From an uncultured Holophaga sp. (lineage in GTDB: Bacteria > Acidobacteriota > Holophagae > Holophagales > Holophagaceae): a stretch of DNA of 64,000 nucleotides. The notes under the pieces were generated by a model. It did not search any database, was not told the origin of the DNA, and saw nothing but the letters and a program-made list of their open reading frames with translations. Shown piece after piece: positions 40,188 to 48,812 of the stretch (positions within the stretch are counted from its first letter, which is position 1; every line of letters starts with the position of its first letter). The stretch lies in contig OY761614.1 of the NCBI GenBank assembly GCA_963664825.1, forward strand, positions 1,824,001 to 1,888,000, in the 5' to 3' direction. The position numbers and the translations under genes are program-made.

Positions 40188-40749
40188 CCTTCAGGATCTC
40201 CGCGTCCTTGCTCTTGGTGGTCTCTTCCACGTCCTTGATGAAGGCGTCGGTCAGCTTCTGGATATCGTCCAGGGCTGTCTTGGCGGCATCCTCGCTGAGG
40301 TGGGCTTCCTTATTCTTCTCCAGCTTCTTGATCTCGTCGTTGGCGTCCCGGCGGACATTGCGGATGGCCGTCTTGATCTCCTCGCCCATCCTGTTGACGA
40401 CCTTGGTGAGTTCCTTGCGGCGGTCCTCCGTGAGAGCGGGGATGGGCAGGCGGATCACGTTGCCGTCATTGCCGGGGTTCAGGCCCAGTTCACTCTTGAG
40501 AATGGCGGTCTCGATGGCCTTCATGGCGCCCTTGTCGAAGGGCTGGATCGCCAGCATAGAGGAATCGGGCACGCTAATGCCCGCGATCTGATTGAGGGGC
40601 ATGAGGGAGCCGTAGTATTCCACCTGGATGTTGTCCAGGATCGAGGGATTGGCGCGGCCCGTGCGGACGGTGGACAGCTCCTTCCGGAGCGTCTCCATGG
40701 AGGATTTCATGCGCTTCTTGGCTTCTGTGAGGATCGTTTCAACGGTCAT
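40183..40749 (-). CDS. frr: Ribosome recycling factor
   Basis: VRTGRANPSILD, LGLNP.NDG, LTEDRRKEL, IRNVRRDA. Confidence 0.97.
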   Translation of the reverse strand: MTVETILTEAKKRMKSSMETLRKELSTVRTGRANPSILDNIQVEYYGSLMPLNQIAGISVPDSSMLAIQPFDKGAMKAIETAILKSELGLNPGNDGNVIRLPIPALTEDRRKELTKVVNRMGEEIKTAIRNVRRDANDEIKKLEKNKEAHLSEDAAKTALDDIQKLTDAFIKDVEETTKSKDAEILKV

Positions 40750-40873
40750 GGGGCTCCTTCGCGCATGCATTTGAATCAGCCGGTTGGGGCCATCATAGCG
40801 CAGGCGCGGGCGGGCCGGTCCTGAAAGGGGGATCGCCTTTCCTCCTCTTCGGCGCTCATCCCTTCCGGGTCCT

Positions 40874-41548
40874 CTAGCCCAGGCAGGTGCTGCAGCGGGC
40901 GCCTCCCTGGAGCCCTGCGAGGACGGTGGGAACGGCCGACAGATCGCGGATTTCCACCAGCTCAGCCTCGGAGTCTGGGCGGGGCCTGTCTTCACGGTTC
41001 AGCCAGAGCACGGTCCAGCCCGCCCCGAGGGCGCCCTGCACATCGTCATTCCAGCTATCCCCAACCATGGCGAGCTGACCCGGAAAGAGGCCGAGTTGCT
41101 GCTGGACGTTTTCAAAGGCGCCGATTTCGGGTTTCAGGAAGCCGGTCTCCGCGCTCAGGAAGCGACTGGGGATCATGCGCGTGAGTTCGAGGCGTTCGAG
41201 AAAGCCCAGATCGAAGCTCTGGGTATTGGAGAGGAGGGCGATGCGAGCCAAGTCCCGAGTGGCCTGCAGGGCCTCGCAAACCTCGGGAAAGCACTGGGTA
41301 TCGACCACGGCGTCGCTGAAGATCTCGGCCATGGCCTCGAACTGGGCCTGGCTCAAATCCAGGCGAGGGCGCCAGCGCTCCAGGAGGGTGGGGGCATCGG
41401 CGTGGGGCTGGACCATGGCATCGCGCTTGAACTGGGGGAAGAGGGGCCGCTGGGCTTCGGTCATCAGGGCGTTGAGCTGGCGGAAGGGATCCCCGCCCCG
41501 ACTGTGGACCAGCGTGTTCCAGAGATCGAAGACGACGGCGCGGATCAT
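40874..41548 (-). CDS. HAD-family hydrolase
   Basis: FDLWNTL, LSN, KP, VGDS..D. Confidence 0.9.
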   Translation of the reverse strand: MIRAVVFDLWNTLVHSRGGDPFRQLNALMTEAQRPLFPQFKRDAMVQPHADAPTLLERWRPRLDLSQAQFEAMAEIFSDAVVDTQCFPEVCEALQATRDLARIALLSNTQSFDLGFLERLELTRMIPSRFLSAETGFLKPEIGAFENVQQQLGLFPGQLAMVGDSWNDDVQGALGAGWTVLWLNREDRPRPDSEAELVEIRDLSAVPTVLAGLQGGARCSTCLG

Positions 41549-41555
41549 AGGGCCC

Positions 41556-42047
41556 TCAGTGGCCGGTGGTCTTGGAGGTGCGGATCGGCACCGTGAAGGG
41601 CAGGCCGAAGGCCTCGAGCTGAAGCTGCCCCTCCAAATGCCAGGCGCTCTTCTGGCCGCGGATGGCCGCTCCGAGAGGCCCCCAGGCCTGTTTGAGTTCC
41701 CGGTAATCGAAGCTCAGATCCACGGGCACTTGGGAACGCCCCCCCGGCGCTAGGGTGATGCCCTGGCTGAAGGCCACTTGGCCGATGGGCATGCCCTCAT
41801 CCATGGAGAGCTGGCCGGTGAAACCCCGGGCGCGGAACTGCACCTGGCTTGGATTCTCCACGCCGACCACCAGGCGGAAGGTCACCCGGGAATTCTCCAG
41901 GGGAAAGGAGAGCTGAATTTGGGGTTCCACCCGGTCCAGGGTGAAGCGCAGCTGCCTTGAAGCCTCCTGGTAATTCCGAACCAGGTTCAAGTCCGCGCAG
42001 CCCGTGAGCAGCAGCAGGGCGGGCAGGGCCAGCCAGGGTTTGCGCAT
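41556..42047 (-). CDS. LEA_2/WHy-domain lipoprotein
   Basis: Lipobox LLTGC, V.NP motif. Confidence 0.75.
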   Translation of the reverse strand: MRKPWLALPALLLLTGCADLNLVRNYQEASRQLRFTLDRVEPQIQLSFPLENSRVTFRLVVGVENPSQVQFRARGFTGQLSMDEGMPIGQVAFSQGITLAPGGRSQVPVDLSFDYRELKQAWGPLGAAIRGQKSAWHLEGQLQLEAFGLPFTVPIRTSKTTGH

Positions 42048-42394
42048 CAGACACCCCGATAGATCACACAGTTGTCCGTGGTCTCGAAGACTTCGATCTG
42101 GCAGAGCTCCGGCAGCATTGGCTTGAGCTGCTCCCAGATCCACATGGAGATGTTCTCTGCGGTGGAGAGGGGGATCAGATCGTTGAGGAAGTGGTGATCC
42201 AGCCGGTTGATGACCTTCTCCCGGACGACGGTGGAGAGGTCATCGAAGTCAATGATCATGCCCGTCTCGGGATTCACTTGGCCCTCCAGGGAGACGAAGA
42301 TCCTGTAGCTATGACCGTGCAGGTTCCGGCACTTGCCTGGGTGGTTGTAGATGAAGTGGGCGGCCTCGAAACCGTATTCCTTGCGAAGAATCAT
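42047..42394 (-). CDS. queD: 6-carboxytetrahydropterin synthase
   Basis: FEAAH, CRNLHGHSY, DHHFLND, TAEN, ET. Confidence 0.93.
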   Translation of the reverse strand: MILRKEYGFEAAHFIYNHPGKCRNLHGHSYRIFVSLEGQVNPETGMIIDFDDLSTVVREKVINRLDHHFLNDLIPLSTAENISMWIWEQLKPMLPELCQIEVFETTDNCVIYRGV

Positions 42395-42513
42395 CAGCTC
42401 ACACGAAAAAGCCCCGACGGGGGAAATCGATTCTACCGCCCTCGCCAAGATCCTCACCCCGGAAGAGCCGAGCCTCCCCGGACCCCCTTCTTCATGCGAA
42501 ACTGAACCCATGG

Positions 42514-42590
42514 GCGCCCATAGCTCAGGTGGATAGAGCATCAGCCTTCTAAGCTGGTGGTCGCTGGTTCGAGTCCAGCTGGGCGCACCA
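42514..42590 (+). tRNA. tRNA-Arg(TCT)
   Basis: 77-nt cloverleaf, TCAGC-CT-TCT-AA-GCTGG, CCA end. Confidence 0.96.
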
Positions 42591-42726
42591 ATGAAAAAGC
42601 CCTGAAACGTAACGGTTTCGGGGCTTTTTGTTGTGGATTTAACGAGGGCGTTTTTGGGGCCTTGGGTGCCTCGTCATCACACCGTCATCACGCCCCCGAC
42701 CAATGCCGACCAATGCCCCCCGATGG

Positions 42727-42926
42727 CCGGTGCCAGATTCCGGTCATCCGGGTGAGGGGGATGGAAGGGGCCAGCCCTAATGGCTACCCCCCCGATGACC
42801 GCAATCAGATTTCGGTCACACCCCCAAGGGGTGGGGATCCGATCCACCCCCCCAAGGTACCGTCATGACGGTGGCCCCTTGGGTGTGCTCGTCTCGATGA
42901 CGAGTCCAGGGTCGTAATGGCCCCTG
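42727..42926. repeat. Array of ~7 different adjacent palindromes (left arm of satellite)
   Basis: e.g. TGACCGCAATC-A-GATTTCGGTCA, GGGGTGG-9-CCACCCC, ACCGTCATGACGGT, CTCGTC-5-GACGAG. Confidence 0.75.
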
Positions 42927-42931
42927 AGGGC

Positions 42932-43150
42932 TCACCCCACCAGGAACCACCACGCGGCCCAGCTCCCGCCGGTCAGCAGGGCCAGGGGCACGACACACCC
43001 CGCCATCCGGGCGGCCTTCCTCTGGCGTCCGCTTCGGGACAGGGGTATGCCGATTTGGCGCGATAGCCGTGCCTGAGCCTGAGAGACACCAAGGGCCCGC
43101 CTCCAGGAGAAGGACAGGCCAGGGATGCCGGTGCCACGCTTGCGAGCCAT
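42932..43150 (-). CDS. Small basic protein with C-terminal TM helix
   Basis: AGGAG SD; IPGLSFSWRRALGVS..LSRQIGIPL.RSGRQRK. Confidence 0.7.
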   Translation of the reverse strand: MARKRGTGIPGLSFSWRRALGVSQAQARLSRQIGIPLSRSGRQRKAARMAGCVVPLALLTGGSWAAWWFLVG

Positions 43151-43250
43151 GAGGGCTCCTGTGAAGGGATGAGACAGCCTACCCCGGAAACAAAATGAGG
43201 GGGCGACAGTGAATGTCATCCCCCTCTATATGCCCGGTTCCCCGTGGCAG

Positions 43251-43649
43251 CTACCACAAGTTCGCCCTGGCCATCTTTGGTTTCAGCACCTTCTTCTTCC
43301 GCGGCGGCTTCCGGGTCCGAGGCCGGGGAAGGTCTTCTTTGACCCCGCCCGTTAGGGCCTTCTGGAGGCTCTCCAGGAGCTCCAGGGCCCTGAAGTAGTT
43401 CGGGCCATAGGTTGGTGATTTCGTGAATTTCGGGGTGTCGTCATCCCCCCCTGTGTCGCCTGTGTCGCAGGTGCGATTGAATCTCACATACCAGGGGAGA
43501 ACTTCCGTCCAGACGTAATAACACCCAGGCCCCTCGCCATGCCGCGGCAAGCCGTAGTAGTGCCAACGGTGGATTGTCCGCTCTGTCCGCTGGAAAATGA
43601 GGGCCAGCTCGGCTTGTTTAATACAGTTAAAGTTGATCGTTAGCATCAT
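43251..43649 (-). CDS. Lambda Nu1/terminase small subunit-like winged-HTH protein (Rpp-like)
   Basis: KQAELALIFQRTERTIHRWHYYGLP..G.G..Y....VLPWY aligns by eye with the Nu1 DNA-binding domain. Confidence 0.65.
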   Translation of the reverse strand: MMLTINFNCIKQAELALIFQRTERTIHRWHYYGLPRHGEGPGCYYVWTEVLPWYVRFNRTCDTGDTGGDDDTPKFTKSPTYGPNYFRALELLESLQKALTGGVKEDLPRPRTRKPPRKKKVLKPKMARANLW

Positions 43650-43713
43650 ATTTATCCTATGCGAATACGACATGCTTTAAAAATTCAGAGCTAGGTGAAT
43701 GGGGAGCTATGCA

Positions 43714-43887
43714 GCGATACCCTCCCGCGGCACCCTGGAAGGACCCGCGATCATATAGAGATAGAGGATGGCGATAACCACCACGGTTCCTCATCCACCT
43801 GACGACGACACAGTTTTTCCGTATGTAACTAGGCAAGAGCGGAGGCTGGCGCGATACCCGCCTGGAGATTTCAAAAAACAGGACCCG
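43714..43887 (-). other. Two cos-like packaging sites
   Basis: CGGGTCCT (lambda cosQ = GGGTCCT) followed after 20 and 17 nt by a shared GGGTATCGC; the two copies are 140 bp apart. Confidence 0.55.
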
Positions 43888-43933
43888 TGAATTCCGGTCC
43901 CCTTGCCGAGGCATGACGCCGGGAGAGGGGAGG

Positions 43934-44239
43934 TCATAACGGCCTCACCATCCCCGCCCTTCGTCCCGCCTCAGCCCTGGGAAGGCCTGCCAGGTGCTCC
44001 AGGATCGCGGCGCGTTCTTCTCGGAGGTATCGGGCTTCCTCGGGATCGGCGGCGATGCACAGGGCCTCCAGGGTCAGATCAGTGAGGGAGCCAAGAATGG
44101 GGTCTTTCCAGAGCTTCAGCAGTTCTGCCAGATCGGACGGAAGGGGGCCGTTGCTCCGATATCGGAGACGGCCACCCTCGGCCCAGAGGATTACCCCAAG
44201 GTCCCGGACGTAGCGAACCACCTCCGAGGCGTGGGTCAT
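43934..44239 (-). CDS. Satellite hypothetical protein (TubC_N-like N-terminus, EERAAI motif)
   Basis: LGV.L..EGGRLRY..L...K..IL; ATGA overlap with the primase stop. Confidence 0.65.
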   Translation of the reverse strand: MTHASEVVRYVRDLGVILWAEGGRLRYRSNGPLPSDLAELLKLWKDPILGSLTDLTLEALCIAADPEEARYLREERAAILEHLAGLPRAEAGRRAGMVRPL

Positions 44240-46728
44240 GTGATTTCACCCTCGAAGAGGCATTCCCTCCCAGATCCCCCCCCTGAATCCGCAACTGCCG
44301 CTACTTCCAATAATGGTGCGGGTTTAGGGGTCGCGGATTGGTTGCGTGTCGCCGATTGATCCGCAACTGAGCCCGGATTGGTTGCGCCTGAATCCGCAAC
44401 CGCAACTGTTCCGCAACCGCTAGAACCGCATGAATGCTCATAAGTTGCGGGTTGCGGATCTTTGGGGGGGGTGACGGGGGCAAGGTATCGAGAGAACACA
44501 TCATCGAATTGGGACTTCTGATATCCCTTCCTGGTGACACCGTTAATTTTGAAATCCTTCGAACTGATTTCAAATTCTCCCAACCGCTTGGAAAGTTGGC
44601 GTGGGGATAGTTCCTTGCCAAAGGCGTAGCTTGCCCATGGCTTCGTGTCGTCAGAGGTCAAAGCACTCAGAAGATCGGCAGTCGGAATTCTGTCCACATT
44701 TTTGGCGTCAAAGATTTCCTTGATGTCCGAGAGAAGTTCCGTGGATGTCGAAACGGGGTCGTGCTCGGCTCCCGAGATATGCAGCGCAGCGGCTCGAGCG
44801 AGGTTGGGCCACTCGCCATCGGCGAGGTCTGCAATCGCAAGCAATGGCTCCCAGTTGTCCTGGGCACGGTCGTTCAGCTCCTCGGGGAGGTTGGGGCGGG
44901 CCTGCCCGATGGATGGGCCTGCATCCTCGGCAAACCTCGCCAGCTTGGATGCCAATTGAGAGAATGCTTTTGGGTCTGCATGTCGCAACCGCTGGCATTT
45001 CTCCGCGGGTAGCTTGCGCCGAAGGGTCAGCACAATGGCCCTGTCCATGAGAGTGCCTGCAAGGTGTCCGATGCCACTGATGGCCTTTGCGCCCCAGGTT
45101 GAGAACTGCCGAGGTTCGTGGTCGTCTCCCACTGTTCGGATTACGAAAGCGCTTTGTCGCGTGTGCCCCGAATTGATGACACCTCGCAATTCTTCGTTTT
45201 CCTTCAGGAAGGAATCAGCCTCATCGATTAGCAGAGTAGGGCTGTGGGCCTCAATTACTCGATAGACAGCCGCGGGCGAAATGTTCGAGGCCACCAGAGG
45301 ACGGAAGGACAGGCGACCGATCACGTCCAGCAGTTGAGACTTCCCACACCGCTTTTCAGGTGCGGTGATAACCGCCAAGGGCGCTACCTGAAGGTAGTCG
45401 ATACACCAGGTGAACGCGACCCAGAGGGCGACTGCAATAGACGTGCTTGTGTCGCAAATTATGAAACGGTTTACCGTAGCCCGGATATCGTCTAGCAGGG
45501 TAGCGATGTCCACAGGATCGCCCCAGGGCTCTACCTCTGGGAACATCGCAGCCTTCCCTGCATCCACCTGGTGGTCCTTCTGTGACCCAGCAACGGCTTT
45601 GTCGAGCGCCGTGGCTCTGACGCCCAAGCGCTTCGCTTCGATGACCCGGATCTGTTCGTATTCCATTCTCGGCATTGCAGCAAACCTTGCCACAGCATCG
45701 AGAATTTGCTCGGGTTCCGCATTCGTTGGGGAGGTCTGCGAGCCAGGAGAGGATGCCGCGGTCCTCAACAGGTGCCCCCGGTCCTGGCACTTCGGGGCAG
45801 CGTCTTTCACCTTCTTCCGCAGCTCTTCCAGGCTCCAGGGCGGCTTACACCGTGGGTTATAGCGATCCAGTAGCAGAGACAGGGCCTCGTCTTCTGAGAG
45901 ATCGAAGCCGTCGATCAGCTTCAAAGCATCGTTGAATGTCTTGGTGCCCCCTTCAGCATTTTCGCCTTCCCCGGCGATGGAACCGGGGATGTAATCCAGA
46001 TATCGCCCCGCCCGTTCCAGCACCTCTGCACGGTCCAGGGAGGGGGTGAATCGGATTACATCCCCCTCTGGCTTGCTCTTCTTCGGTGGAATAGGCGGGA
46101 ACGCGGCCCGGATTTCGTCCCGTGTGTAGCGTGGTCCATCGGCTGTCAGCAGCTCTACCGGCTGAGGTTCGGCCTTCCGGTGCATGAAGCCTGGCACCCG
46201 AAGCACCCGTTCCACGGTGCAGGCGGCCTTGTCAGCACCGAAGAGTGCAAGCCCATGCTGAATGGCCTTCAATTCCAATTCGTGCTCACCCCGCCGGGCC
46301 TCATCGGCGCATGGCATGGGGGCTATGGCTAGCCAGTAGAGGTGCCACCCGCCGGGCGTCTTGACCACCATGGAGGGGGCCAGGGGCAACCGTGGAAGGT
46401 CGAAAGTTTCACGGGCGTCCTTCGTATCGAGGTCAGCATGCCATCCCCTGAGGAGCTGGATATTCGCCTTCTTCCGGCCCTGGCCATCGGTTTGATTGAC
46501 GGTCACGAAAACACCCGCGCCGGAATGGTTCAGCCGTTCCAGTTCGGGGGCGGCCTCATCGATAGATTGGGACCAGTGCTTTGCAAGTTCGGGGGCCTTC
46601 CGTGTTTTGTCCTCATCAAAGGTCTGCCAGCGCTCTGGGTTGGTCCAGGCATCGTCTTGGCTGCACTGATTCAGGCAAGCCAGAAAGGGGATAGCAGAGC
46701 CCACGAGGCGCTCTCGGAGGTCGATCAT
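44236..46728 (-). CDS. Primase-helicase (RepB-type AEP primase + DUF3631-type P-loop domain)
   Basis: ADLD, TPGGWHLYW, RVLRVPG; APEKRCGKS, LLIDEAD, RAQDNWEPLLAIAD. Confidence 0.88.
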   Translation of the reverse strand: MIDLRERLVGSAIPFLACLNQCSQDDAWTNPERWQTFDEDKTRKAPELAKHWSQSIDEAAPELERLNHSGAGVFVTVNQTDGQGRKKANIQLLRGWHADLDTKDARETFDLPRLPLAPSMVVKTPGGWHLYWLAIAPMPCADEARRGEHELELKAIQHGLALFGADKAACTVERVLRVPGFMHRKAEPQPVELLTADGPRYTRDEIRAAFPPIPPKKSKPEGDVIRFTPSLDRAEVLERAGRYLDYIPGSIAGEGENAEGGTKTFNDALKLIDGFDLSEDEALSLLLDRYNPRCKPPWSLEELRKKVKDAAPKCQDRGHLLRTAASSPGSQTSPTNAEPEQILDAVARFAAMPRMEYEQIRVIEAKRLGVRATALDKAVAGSQKDHQVDAGKAAMFPEVEPWGDPVDIATLLDDIRATVNRFIICDTSTSIAVALWVAFTWCIDYLQVAPLAVITAPEKRCGKSQLLDVIGRLSFRPLVASNISPAAVYRVIEAHSPTLLIDEADSFLKENEELRGVINSGHTRQSAFVIRTVGDDHEPRQFSTWGAKAISGIGHLAGTLMDRAIVLTLRRKLPAEKCQRLRHADPKAFSQLASKLARFAEDAGPSIGQARPNLPEELNDRAQDNWEPLLAIADLADGEWPNLARAAALHISGAEHDPVSTSTELLSDIKEIFDAKNVDRIPTADLLSALTSDDTKPWASYAFGKELSPRQLSKRLGEFEISSKDFKINGVTRKGYQKSQFDDVFSRYLAPVTPPKDPQPATYEHSCGSSGCGTVAVADSGATNPGSVADQSATRNQSATPKPAPLLEVAAVADSGGGSGRECLFEGEIT
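44289..44457. repeat. Iteron cluster (putative ori) inside the primase 3' end
   Basis: CCGCAAC at 44289, 44361, 44394, 44400 and 44411; inverted GTTGCGG at 44444 and 44451. Confidence 0.7.
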
Positions 46729-46925
46729 TCGCACCCCCCGATGATCCCGCGCTCATTCAGGTAGGCACCTGCCACCCCTGCCAGCAGGTTGAAGTCATCG
46801 GTGCGCAGCTCAAGGCGCTGCATCAAGGCCTCGGGACTTGGGAGGGATTCGAGAGCCTTCATGTTGTGGAATTCTTCGAGCACCAGCGAGGCCGCTACAG
46901 CCGAACAAACCGCGGCGGGGGTCAT
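46725..46925 (-). CDS. Hypothetical protein
   Basis: ATGA overlaps at both ends. Confidence 0.6.
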   Translation of the reverse strand: MTPAAVCSAVAASLVLEEFHNMKALESLPSPEALMQRLELRTDDFNLLAGVAGAYLNERGIIGGCE

Positions 46926-47242
46926 TGGGCGTTTCCCCCTGGCCACGGGAAAAACGGCGCTGGGAAGCATCCGGGTAGACCCTGCATGTGCACCCGATCA
47001 GGGGCGGCCTTCTTGAGAGCCTCGGCAAGATCGCGCCCCATGGGCGAAGCCAAGGATGCTTCGTTGATCCACACCCCGCCCTTGCCGTCGAAATCCATCG
47101 TGAAGATGGCCATCGGGAGGATGGACAAGGGGGCTTCAAGGTAGTGGCCCCAGGGGGCCGTTTCGGCAAACTCCAGGAAGCGTTGGATCAGGGCTTTGCG
47201 TGTCCTGGGGAATTTGAGCATATAGACGGAGGGATCACTCAT
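46922..47242 (-). CDS. Hypothetical protein
   Basis: ATGA-coupled within the alpA-primase operon. Confidence 0.6.
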   Translation of the reverse strand: MSDPSVYMLKFPRTRKALIQRFLEFAETAPWGHYLEAPLSILPMAIFTMDFDGKGGVWINEASLASPMGRDLAEALKKAAPDRVHMQGLPGCFPAPFFPWPGGNAQ

Positions 47243-47346
47243 TCGTCACCTTGCGCGAATTCTTCCAGCGCCAAGGTGCTTCCCGTTTCCGGTATGCTTG
47301 GGGCCAGCGTGGGCACGCTGATTTTTCTCGAGGGGGTCTGAGACAT
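47239..47346 (-). CDS. Small ORF, 35 aa (MSQTPSRKISVPTLAPSIPETGSTLALEEFAQGDE)
   Basis: Starts immediately after the alpA stop and ends in an ATGA overlap. Confidence 0.45.
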   Translation of the reverse strand: MSQTPSRKISVPTLAPSIPETGSTLALEEFAQGDE

Positions 47347-47577
47347 TCAGGCCCCCTTCTCGGTGCGGCTCTCGCACCATGCCTGAAGGTCCGAGAGACG
47401 GTATCGAACGAGTGACCCGCATTTCACCCAGGCGGGGCCGTTGGTGCGCTTGCACCTCCAATCGATTAGGGTCAGGGGGCTGATGGCCAAAAAGGCGGCG
47501 GCCGCTTTGGTATCCATCAATCCATCAAGCGGGTGGGGTTCCGCGTGGGGTGTGGGATTTAGATCGGGTTGGGCCAT
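47347..47577 (-). CDS. AlpA/excisionase-type HTH protein
   Basis: GGAGG SD; LMDTKAAAAFL.IS..TL.DWR...GP.WVK.G..VRYR.SDL.AW. Confidence 0.85.
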   Translation of the reverse strand: MAQPDLNPTPHAEPHPLDGLMDTKAAAAFLAISPLTLIDWRCKRTNGPAWVKCGSLVRYRLSDLQAWCESRTEKGA

Positions 47578-47713
47578 GTAGCCTCCAGAGAAGGGCCAAG
47601 CGGGCTTGCTTGGGTCCTTCTCTGGAGGATCAGGTCTGTGCTGGGGTATAGAAAAAACGCAGAAAAGCCCCCATGACGGGGGCGTGTTTTCTGCATGAAT
47701 CGAGTTGATGCCC

Positions 47714-48445
47714 TCAGTCTTGGGCCCGCGCTCCGGCCTCTCGGAATTGCCCATCGGAGGGCTTTTCGCCCGTGGCGGCTTCATGGATGAGGCGGGCCAA
47801 ACGCACTCGCTTTGTGGGTTCCCACTCATGGGCCTCCATCCATTTTTTGCATTTCTTAAGAAGCCAATCCTGGGAGGTTTCCCCTAGCAGCACGTCATCA
47901 AGGGTCTTCCGGCCCAATGCCTTCGCCTTCTTTCTCATCCCGGACGCCTTGCGTCCTGCCCATGCAGACAGGGCTTGGGTGCTCTCCTGCCAGAGCCCAG
48001 GGCCTACAAATTCCGTGAAATGTTCCCCTGAGGTCACTGGGTAGCAGTTCACGAATTCCCCCTCATCCATCGGCGGCAACATTTCGCCACCAGCACGCGA
48101 GAACAGGGCCTTGTCCTCCGCGCTGAAGGCTCTATCCAAGACTTTTCGGGCCCCTGGGCTCAGGTGATTGAGGCGATTGTGGAGGGCCGCGGCACAGTCT
48201 CGGAGGACTTCCAGCTCCTCGGCAACGGCAGCGACACGGCCCGCGTTGCGCTCCGACAACATCATGTCGTAATCCCTCACCAGGGATTCCAGCTCCCGGC
48301 GGGCTTTCGCTTGATCACCAGGGACCAAGATCGGCCATGCCTTCACTAGGCCGATAGCTTCGTCAATCAACGCGTCCCGGCGGAGGCCCCACCGTTCTAT
48401 TCGCTCGATGGCTTCTTGCCCAAGTTCAGGCGGTAGCCAAACCAT
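47714..48445 (-). CDS. Hypothetical protein upstream of alpA
   Basis: 243-aa ORF with GGGAGG SD. Confidence 0.65.
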   Translation of the reverse strand: MVWLPPELGQEAIERIERWGLRRDALIDEAIGLVKAWPILVPGDQAKARRELESLVRDYDMMLSERNAGRVAAVAEELEVLRDCAAALHNRLNHLSPGARKVLDRAFSAEDKALFSRAGGEMLPPMDEGEFVNCYPVTSGEHFTEFVGPGLWQESTQALSAWAGRKASGMRKKAKALGRKTLDDVLLGETSQDWLLKKCKKWMEAHEWEPTKRVRLARLIHEAATGEKPSDGQFREAGARAQD

Positions 48446-48486
48446 TCACACCTCCCACCCGGTGCATTCCCGCAAAAGCAAAAGGG

Positions 48487-48537
48487 GCGCGGCGTTCCGG
48501 TGCGGGAACCGGCTTTCGGGAGCTACCCTAGCCGTGC
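48487..48537 (-). ncRNA. Structured RNA motif, probably int-alpA-like
   Basis: GCACGGC-TA-GGG-TAGCT-CCC-GAAAG-CCGGT-TCCCGC-ACCGG-AAC-GCCGCGC three-way junction between int and alpA. Confidence 0.5.
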
Positions 48538-48548
48538 CGATGGACAGT

Positions 48549-48812
48549 CTACCTTTGTGCTTCCGTCACCGTCTGGTGGAAGGCGATTTCGGAGTATTCC
48601 TCAATCTCCCCCGCGAGGCTATCAAGGCACCCCTGGAAGGCCTTGGCCGTTTGACTGGTGAATGGGGCCCCTTGTGCATACGGCTCCAGGAGGTGAGACA
48701 CCCCCTGCACCTTGCGTTGAATATCTGAGAACGATTCCGCCATGCCATCGGCAAAGTCGAAGGGCGGGATAGGCATGGTTTCAGCGGTTGCAGCAGTCGC
48801 AGCGTGGTTCAC
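48549..48812 (-). CDS. Hypothetical protein
   Basis: AAGGAG SD; GTGA overlap with the upstream ORF. Confidence 0.55.
   Translation of the reverse strand: MNHAATAATAETMPIPPFDFADGMAESFSDIQRKVQGVSHLLEPYAQGAPFTSQTAKAFQGCLDSLAGEIEEYSEIAFHQTVTEAQR

Noticed and set aside
42395..42440. preQ1 riboswitch upstream of queD
   Set aside because: Only a short CCCC-GTC-GGGG hairpin with a T run; the preQ1 loop and A-rich tail consensus are not seen.
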